Source of the DNA: Planctomycetota bacterium
Lineage (GTDB): Bacteria > Planctomycetota > B15-G4 > JADJEK01
Direction: 5' to 3'
DNA length: 29,083 bases
NCBI GenBank assembly: GCA_044225365.1
Contig: JBGAIQ010000065.1
Span: 1 to 29,083 of the forward strand
Shown here: positions 23,399 to 29,083 of the stretch, piece by piece
How positions within the stretch are numbered: the stretch's first letter is position 1
Layout: the number at the start of each line of letters is the position of its first letter
Made by a program: the position numbers and the translations under genes
Notes under the pieces: model-generated
What the model was told of the DNA's origin: nothing
The model's input: only the letters and a program-made list of their open reading frames with translations
The model's database searches: none

Positions 23399-25513
23399 TC
23401 ATCTCCGGAGTTCGAACCACCCGTCCGCCACGTCGACCTTCGCCTCCGCGCTTTCGACCACGTTCACGATCGTCCCGATCAGCGGGTGCGCGATCTCGCT
23501 CTCCGTGCGCCAGGGCAGCAGGGCCCCTCCGACCTCACGGAAATCGGAGAAATGTGCGCGGTTGCCGACTCTGCCCACACCTTCGATGAACGTCATGCTG
23601 GCGATATGCAGGATGCGGCCGGTCTCGCGGTCGACGAAGATCGTCGGCGCGGGAGCCGAGAGGTCGCCAGCGCGCATCACCAAAGTGGTGGCCTCGCCTT
23701 CTCGCATTTCCTGGATGACGGTCAGAGTCGCACCCGCGCGTCGCCAATCGCCGAATTGTCGGAACGGGCTGTACTGCGACAAGAGTTCACCAGCCAAGCC
23801 CTCGAGGGGCGCCGCGGCGCGCGTCCGCGAAGAGGAACGCATCGTCGCTCCGTCGAACGCGAGACTGCCGATCTCGTCCCCCATCTCGTCGTCCACACGC
23901 CAACGGTCCGGCGCGGCGAGCCACTGCACACTCGCTCCGCTGCGTCCGACCTTTTGCACCTCGATGCGGCTCTTCAGGCGCACGACGCCCGCGTCCGAGA
24001 GTCGCTCGAGGTGATGCGCGGTCACGATGCGCGAAGCGACTTCGCCAGCTGCGGGCAGATCCGCGCTCGGCGTGAAGCGCAGCTTCTTCGCCTTCTCGCC
24101 GATGCTGAAGCTCGTCACGCGCCCATCCGCATCGCGCTCGAAGGTGAGCACCGCCGGCTCGAGCCGCGCCTTCCATCGATCCTTGCTCAGGTACTCGAAC
24201 GGTGCGATCGCCTTGCCGGGGATCTCGAGGGCGAGACCGTCTCCGTCCCGCACGATGGCGCGATAGAGCTCGTTCTCCTTGCCTCGGTAATAACCAAGGT
24301 AGTCCTCGAGGGGCGGAGCGGTCTCCTTCGGTTCGACAGCCGCGCCGAGGAACATCTCGCTCAAGAGTTCCTCGACGCGCCAGCCCGTGGTCGTGCCGCG
24401 CGATTGCGTGAAGTAGAGCACGAGAGCATCCGCCTCGGGGAACGCCCAGGCGTGCGTGCCATCGGAGCCGGTATGACCGAAGACGACGACCTTGCGCGCG
24501 CCGTCGTCGGACGTGCGAGTCCATAGTTGCATCAAAGTGCCGTAGTCCGTGCGCAGGCCGGACAAGCCGGTCTGCGAAGGCATCGGCCAGTGCCCCGGCT
24601 CGAGGGTGGAGCGAATGCTGTCGGAGCTCAGCAGTCGTTTGCCGCTCGCGGATCCACCGTCCATGTAGAGCCGGAGGAAACGCGCGTAGTCGTCGGTGGT
24701 CGAATACAGAGCCTGCGACCCGAGGAAGATCGGGAAGAGCGGCTGATCCGCGGCACTCCAGAAGGGCGACCACGCGCCGGCCGAGCCGATGTAGAGGCTT
24801 CCGACGCGAGCGCGCAGCGGATGGTCGACCGGCAAGATGCACGCCGAGTCGGACATGTGAAGGGGCGCCAGCAGCCGATCATGCACGAACTTCTCGGTGG
24901 GCGCGCCGGTCACGATCTCGATGATCGCGGCGAGCGTGTCCGTCCCCTGATCGCTGTACTGGAAGCCGCTGCCCGGCGCGAACGCGAGCGTGGCAGTCGC
25001 ACCGAGTTCGGCCACGGAGCGCAGACTGGTCAGCGTGCGTGGATCGCGCGTCATGATCTCCGACATCGGAAGACCGCTCTGGTGACGCAAGAGCTGTCCC
25101 ACGGTGATGTCGCGCTTCCCCTCGACGTCGAACGAGGGAATGTACTTCGCAGCGTGGTCCGCCTCCGCCAGCTTGCCCTCCTCGATCAGCATCCAGGTCG
25201 CGGCGCCGATCAGCGGCTTCGTCATCGACCGCACGCAGAACACGCCGCCCGCCTGCATCGGCACCTTGCGCTCCCGGTCCCGGAAGCCGTAGCCCTCGTG
25301 CAGGATCGTGCGTCCGTGAACGATCACGTGAAGTTCGCCGCCGACGATCTCACCCTTCTCCACGAACGACTTGACGAGTTCACCGAGCGCCTTCACCGGC
25401 TCCGGCGAGGCGCCCTCGGCGACATCGGTCGGAGCCGGGGTCGAAGGTGCAGCGGCGTCCTGAACGGGCGCGAGCAGGTGGGCGAGGATCAGGAGCGGCG
25501 CGAGGGTCGACAT
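23399..25513 (-). CDS. Exported serine hydrolase (beta-lactamase/class C-like family) with long C-terminal extension
   Basis: FCVRSMTK (SxxK), LLRHQSGL, FAPGSGFQYSD (YxN variant), FGHTGSDG; followed by LEDYLGYY (DUF3471-like) and a beta-rich tail FSDFREVGGALLPW. Confidence 0.92.
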   Translation of the reverse strand: MSTLAPLLILAHLLAPVQDAAAPSTPAPTDVAEGASPEPVKALGELVKSFVEKGEIVGGELHVIVHGRTILHEGYGFRDRERKVPMQAGGVFCVRSMTKPLIGAATWMLIEEGKLAEADHAAKYIPSFDVEGKRDITVGQLLRHQSGLPMSEIMTRDPRTLTSLRSVAELGATATLAFAPGSGFQYSDQGTDTLAAIIEIVTGAPTEKFVHDRLLAPLHMSDSACILPVDHPLRARVGSLYIGSAGAWSPFWSAADQPLFPIFLGSQALYSTTDDYARFLRLYMDGGSASGKRLLSSDSIRSTLEPGHWPMPSQTGLSGLRTDYGTLMQLWTRTSDDGARKVVVFGHTGSDGTHAWAFPEADALVLYFTQSRGTTTGWRVEELLSEMFLGAAVEPKETAPPLEDYLGYYRGKENELYRAIVRDGDGLALEIPGKAIAPFEYLSKDRWKARLEPAVLTFERDADGRVTSFSIGEKAKKLRFTPSADLPAAGEVASRIVTAHHLERLSDAGVVRLKSRIEVQKVGRSGASVQWLAAPDRWRVDDEMGDEIGSLAFDGATMRSSSRTRAAAPLEGLAGELLSQYSPFRQFGDWRRAGATLTVIQEMREGEATTLVMRAGDLSAPAPTIFVDRETGRILHIASMTFIEGVGRVGNRAHFSDFREVGGALLPWRTESEIAHPLIGTIVNVVESAEAKVDVADGWFELRR

Positions 25514-25541
25514 GAGGTACTCGATCGTGGATTGGAACGAA

Positions 25542-26135
25542 TCATCGACGGCGCAAGCCATCGAGCGCACTGCGCACGGCCGCGCGCAGCGCGCTCGACG
25601 ACGTGGCGATGCGCCCCATCAGGGCGAGCCCCTGGGTGAGAGCAACGAGTTGAAGGGCGACGTCGCCCGGGCGGACATCGGGGCGAATCTCGCCGTCGTC
25701 GAGCGCGAGGCGCACGACGTGCTCGAACGCCTGCTCGAGACGCGAGAGCCAGGCCCGCACGAGCGCGGCCACCTCGGCATCGTCGCGCTCGACCTGCGCC
25801 ATGCCGACGCCGAGGAGACATCCAAAGCTCGCGCCCGAGCCGTGGTGACGCACCAGCTTTTCGAGCACACGCTCGAGATTCGCGAGCGGCTTCGAGTCCG
25901 CGCGCGCGAGTCCGTCGCAGATCGCTGCGATGACCGTGGAGCCGTAGTGCTCGAGCGAGCGGAGGTAGAGCGCGCGTTTGTTTCCGAACGTGTCGTAGAG
26001 GCTCTTTCGGCCGATCTCGAGTGTCGCTTCCAACTCGGCGATGCCGGTGCCGTCGTAACCGCGGCGCCAGAAGAGATCACGCGCTCGTTCGAGCGCTCGG
26101 TCGGTGTCGAATTGCTTGGGAGGACCAGGTCGCAT
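25542..26135 (-). CDS. TetR/AcrR-family regulator (NemR/ComR-like)
   Basis: GPPKQFD...ARDLFWRRGYDGTGIAEL...IGRKSLYDTFGNKRALY; C-domain GCLL motif. Confidence 0.95.
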   Translation of the reverse strand: MRPGPPKQFDTDRALERARDLFWRRGYDGTGIAELEATLEIGRKSLYDTFGNKRALYLRSLEHYGSTVIAAICDGLARADSKPLANLERVLEKLVRHHGSGASFGCLLGVGMAQVERDDAEVAALVRAWLSRLEQAFEHVVRLALDDGEIRPDVRPGDVALQLVALTQGLALMGRIATSSSALRAAVRSALDGLRRR

Positions 26136-26141
26136 CCCGGC

Positions 26142-26175
26142 AATCTAACGATCTTGCACCGATCGGTCAAAGATC
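26142..26175 (-). promoter_or_regulatory. sigma-70 promoter overlapped by a palindromic TetR operator
   Basis: Minus strand TTGACC-N17-TAGATT-N6-ATG; palindrome GATCTTGCACCGATCGGTCAAAGATC (26150-26175, 22/26 symmetric, perfect core ACCGATCGGT). Confidence 0.82.
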
Positions 26176-26244
26176 ATTCGACGAAGCTCGTGCAATGGAG
26201 AATCCCGCAGTCGCCTCGCGGCTACCTTCGCGTCCGATCGCGCG

Positions 26245-27273
26245 TCAGCGGCTGTTCACGATCGAGATCTTGACCCCGCTGTCGCGACTTGCCGATGCGA
26301 CGAGATGCCCGTCCGGCGCGACGGCGATGCACATGATCGGGCCGCCGTGAATTTCCAACTTCTCACTCGCGCCGGTCGTCGCGTCGATCAAGAGAACTCC
26401 GCCCTCCTGCGTTCCTGCGACCAGCTTCGCGCCGTCTAGTTGGATGGCGAGCGACGTCACCCTGGCCGCGATCCGGCCCTTGTCGCCGAAGGTCGGGCGC
26501 GGCGTCCCCGTCGCGGTCTCGATCGCCGCGAGCGATTCGCCCGCCGCGACGAAGATCGCACGGCCGTCCGCAGCGAACGCGAGAGCCGAGATCTTGCCGT
26601 CGCTCTTCCACGTGCGGCGCTCCTTCCAGTCAGGGAGATCGAAGAGCCGAACGGTTCCTTCCTCGGCTCCCGTCGCGAGAGTCTTGCCGTCCTTCGCGAT
26701 CGCGATGCATCGAATCGCATGCTCGTGCGCGATCGAGCGCGGCTTCGAGATCGTGCCGGATGCGAGCGACGCGACATCCCAGACGAGGAGCGCGTCGTCG
26801 CGGATCCCGGCGTACAGGGTCTTCGAGTCGGCGGAGAACGCGAGCGCTTCCAGAGTGTTTTCGCCAGCGGGCTCGATCGCCGCGAGCGGCTTCTTCGCCC
26901 CCTCCGGGTTCGCCTCCGCGATCCGGTCGAGGGTCCACAGCCTCAGTCTCTTCGCTTCGCCCGTCGCGACCCATTTGCCGTCCGGCGCGAACGCGATGGC
27001 GCGCACCTCGCCCGACTGCTTTGGGAATTCACGGACTCCGAGACAGGAGTTCGCCGCCCACATTGAGAGATCGCCATGCATCCCGCCCAACGCGAGCCAA
27101 TCACCCTCGGGGGAGAACGCGAGGCTCGAGACGTCCTTCCTCTCGCCCATCTCACTCGAGAAGATCGCGGGTTCGTCGGCGAGCGCGGCGACGCGAGCGG
27201 ACGCGGAAACGACGAAGGCGAACGAAACGAAAGCACCGCGGATCGCGGCGGCGACGTGATGACCAAAGAGCAT
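26245..27273 (-). CDS. Exported WD40-repeat beta-propeller protein
   Basis: About 7 repeats, e.g. VSSLAFSPEGDWLALG, VRAIAFAPDGKWVATG, IRCIAIAKDGKTLATG; signal ending ALA|D. Confidence 0.92.
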   Translation of the reverse strand: MLFGHHVAAAIRGAFVSFAFVVSASARVAALADEPAIFSSEMGERKDVSSLAFSPEGDWLALGGMHGDLSMWAANSCLGVREFPKQSGEVRAIAFAPDGKWVATGEAKRLRLWTLDRIAEANPEGAKKPLAAIEPAGENTLEALAFSADSKTLYAGIRDDALLVWDVASLASGTISKPRSIAHEHAIRCIAIAKDGKTLATGAEEGTVRLFDLPDWKERRTWKSDGKISALAFAADGRAIFVAAGESLAAIETATGTPRPTFGDKGRIAARVTSLAIQLDGAKLVAGTQEGGVLLIDATTGASEKLEIHGGPIMCIAVAPDGHLVASASRDSGVKISIVNSR

Positions 27274-27308
27274 GGAACGACTCTGCAGGGCGCAGCGGCG
27301 CGATCAAG

Positions 27309-27317
27309 ATTCTACCA
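27309..27317 (-). promoter_or_regulatory. Extended -10 promoter candidate
   Basis: Minus strand TGG-TAGAAT (TGn-TANNNT), 35 nt upstream of the WD40 ATG. Confidence 0.5.
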
Positions 27318-27391
27318 CGGGCCGATCGAGGATCGACTGCTTCGCGAGCCATCCAGCCGCTCCCCCGCGGAAGCGGACCGGTCGCGTTCCT

Positions 27392-27652
27392 TCACGCCCC
27401 TCCACCGACGAAGGGGCCCCGCGACCCTCGCCTCATTCTTCCCGCCCGTCGCGCGCATCCGAACGCCGCACCCGCGACGGCCATGAGCCCCATACTCTGC
27501 CAGCGGTTCGAACAATGCCGGCTCGCGTCGCGCAGAGCTGCGAAGACGAAATAACCCATGAACGGAACCATCCACAGGAGGACTCGGCGAACGCGAGACG
27601 GCGGCTGAAGCGGCGTCTGCGAAAGGGGATCGGGGATGGGCTCCCTATCCAT
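27392..27652 (-). CDS. Small putative membrane protein (86 aa)
   Basis: GGAGGGAG RBS; hydrophobic VLLWMVPFMGYFVFAAL and MGLMAVAGAAFGCA segments. Confidence 0.5.
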   Translation of the reverse strand: MDREPIPDPLSQTPLQPPSRVRRVLLWMVPFMGYFVFAALRDASRHCSNRWQSMGLMAVAGAAFGCARRAGRMRRGSRGPFVGGGA

Positions 27653-27858
27653 ACTCACGTCTCCCTCCACCGGAACCGCCTCTGCGATGCGGCATCGCCT
27701 GTCGGGTAAGGCAGATCGCCCGACAACCTTCTTGGCGCTCGCACTGCGTCCGTCGGGCAACTCCTTCGGCAACCGATCGCCGAACCATGGAATGATCGAA
27801 CGACGATGCGAGAGTCGATGCGCATGATCCGTCGCCGCTCCACCTCCGACTCGATCGG

Positions 27859-28494
27859 TCAGTTCTCGTCCAAGGCGTTTCGCGGCGCGAAGTATCCGGT
27901 GTGCGCGTAGCCGCCGGCGAATTCAATCATGAGGACTTTGCCGGCGGCCGGATGATCCCACAGCCACATCGCGACCGGCATGTCGTGAATCGAAGAGTTC
28001 GGAACGTCCCTCTTCTTCGTCGGCGTGCCGAAGGAGATCGTCGCGTCTCGATAGCTCATCCCGGTGACCAAGCGGCGAACACCCAGAACGTCCTTCCCGG
28101 CGGCGAGCAGCTTCGCGAGCGCAGCCTGATCGGGCTCTGGTTTCGTCATCGCGATCTCGGCGAGGCCCGTCGCGGCTGCCGCGGAGCCGGCGAGCAGTTG
28201 ATCGATCTTCGTCTCGAGCGCACGCAACCGCTCCTCCGTCGACGGACCGCCGGGCGCATCGCTCGCAGGCGTGCGCGTGGGAGTCGACGCCGAATCGCTC
28301 ACGCGCGGCTGGGCGAGGGCGGATTCGATCCGGTCGAGCCGGGCCAGCAAATCGGAAGTCCCCGCCGATATGGATTCGCGGCGACTCGCGGAGTCGGGAT
28401 CGGTCTTCGACGGCGCGACCCACGAATTCGCGAAGAGCCAACCCGCGACGAAGCACGTCGCACCGGAAATGAGTCCAAAGACAATCGCTCGCAT
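27859..28494 (-). CDS. Membrane-anchored or exported hypothetical protein with short coiled coils
   Basis: GGAGGAGG RBS; N-terminal TM; LLARLDRIESAL and ERLRALETKIDQLL; C-terminal GMSYRDATISFGTP is reminiscent of BamE/SmpA-like GMt..eV...lG.P. Confidence 0.8.
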   Translation of the reverse strand: MRAIVFGLISGATCFVAGWLFANSWVAPSKTDPDSASRRESISAGTSDLLARLDRIESALAQPRVSDSASTPTRTPASDAPGGPSTEERLRALETKIDQLLAGSAAAATGLAEIAMTKPEPDQAALAKLLAAGKDVLGVRRLVTGMSYRDATISFGTPTKKRDVPNSSIHDMPVAMWLWDHPAAGKVLMIEFAGGYAHTGYFAPRNALDEN

Positions 28495-28537
28495 CGCGCC
28501 TCCTCCGGATCTCGTTCGACGAGGGCCCCGTCTCGTA

Positions 28538-28563
28538 CGATTCTATCAGCCTCGATAGAATCG
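28538..28563. promoter_or_regulatory. Perfect inverted repeat between divergent genes
   Basis: CGATTCTATC-AGCCTC-GATAGAATCG; each arm contains TAGAAT pointing outward. Confidence 0.6.
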
Positions 28564-28701
28564 CGAACGATCGCGGGGTGCGAATTCGTCGCAACGCGAA
28601 CTCGAATCCGGCGAACCGACACCTTCGCCCCAGGCGACTTCGAGCGATGCGCTGGTCCCCGATCCGTCGCCGGGTCGTCACGCATTTCAAGAAGACTTCG
28701 A

Positions 28702-29083
28702 ATGATCCAAAGCTCGCGAACCGTGCAATCCGCGATCGTCGCATTGTGCGCGGTGTTTGCCGCGAACCGGGCCGTCGCCCACACGTGGGAGGATCCCTGG
28801 TTCGACCAGGCGGCCCGGAAGGCGTCTCTCGTCGCTTTGGCGTATGTCGAGGCGGACGACGGTAGCGAGTCGACCGTCCGCCTCGCGCGCGTCTTCGTCG
28901 GCGCGCAGCGAGCCGGGGACGTCGTGAAGATCTGGCACGGAAACGAACTTCGCGAGCACGCCGACAGCAGCTATGCCGTCGTCGGCGAGACGCAATTGTT
29001 CATCGTTCGAGCCGACGAATCCGGCGTCGGCCTGACGACGTTCTCCGACTCGTATTGGGCGTTTGCAGCCGACGATTCGAAGG
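28702..29083 (+). CDS. Secreted hypothetical protein, truncated by window edge
   Basis: Not in the ORF track; hand translation MIQSSRTVQSAIVALCAVFAANRAVA|HTWEDPWFDQAARKASLVALAYV... is open to the end of the window. Confidence 0.78.
   Translation, partial: MIQSSRTVQSAIVALCAVFAANRAVAHTWEDPWFDQAARKASLVALAYVEADDGSESTVRLARVFVGAQRAGDVVKIWHGNELREHADSSYAVVGETQLFIVRADESGVGLTTFSDSYWAFAADDSK

Noticed and set aside
23399-25513. Calling the serine hydrolase a true ampC resistance gene
   Set aside because: SxxK/YxD/HTG motifs and the long tail fit the broad esterase/peptidase branch; beta-lactamase activity cannot be inferred.
27312-27652. Frameshift joining the small membrane ORF to the 27312-27575 frame at a GCGCGCG run
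   Set aside because: No homology evidence; both frames are explicable without it.

Overview
GC-rich bacterial accessory region made of many short, independently oriented transcription units. The C-terminal domains of the secreted proteins suggest an uncultured Planctomycetota lineage (inference only). About 27 plausible CDSs are present, two of them partial at the window edges and missing from the supplied ORF track, and roughly half are exported proteins or lipoproteins. They include a cyclase-family protein, a HEAT-repeat protein, an ArsR-like regulator coupled to two double-domain retropepsin-like proteases, a general-stress-type cluster (PRTase-like, DUF6496-like, PRC-barrel, BON), a TauE/SafE exporter, a secreted acid phosphatase, a DUF2325-like protein, a Tat-exported aldo/keto reductase, an NxxGxxAF-repeat protein, a TetR plus serine hydrolase operon and a WD40 protein. 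I saw no rRNA, tRNA, CRISPR array, integrase or transposase. Main leads: (1) a dispersed ~40-bp hairpin repeat in 3 copies with a compensatory base change, each just downstream of a stop codon, two of them bracketing a lipoprotein gene as inverted repeats; (2) three sigma-54-type promoters in the stress cluster; (3) a shared C-terminal domain on unrelated secreted proteins that could be an undescribed sorting or anchoring signal; (4) an orphan protein ending in antimicrobial-peptide-like GFFxK repeats; (5) three enzymes with degenerate active sites. Family assignments come from recognising motifs by eye, not from database searches.
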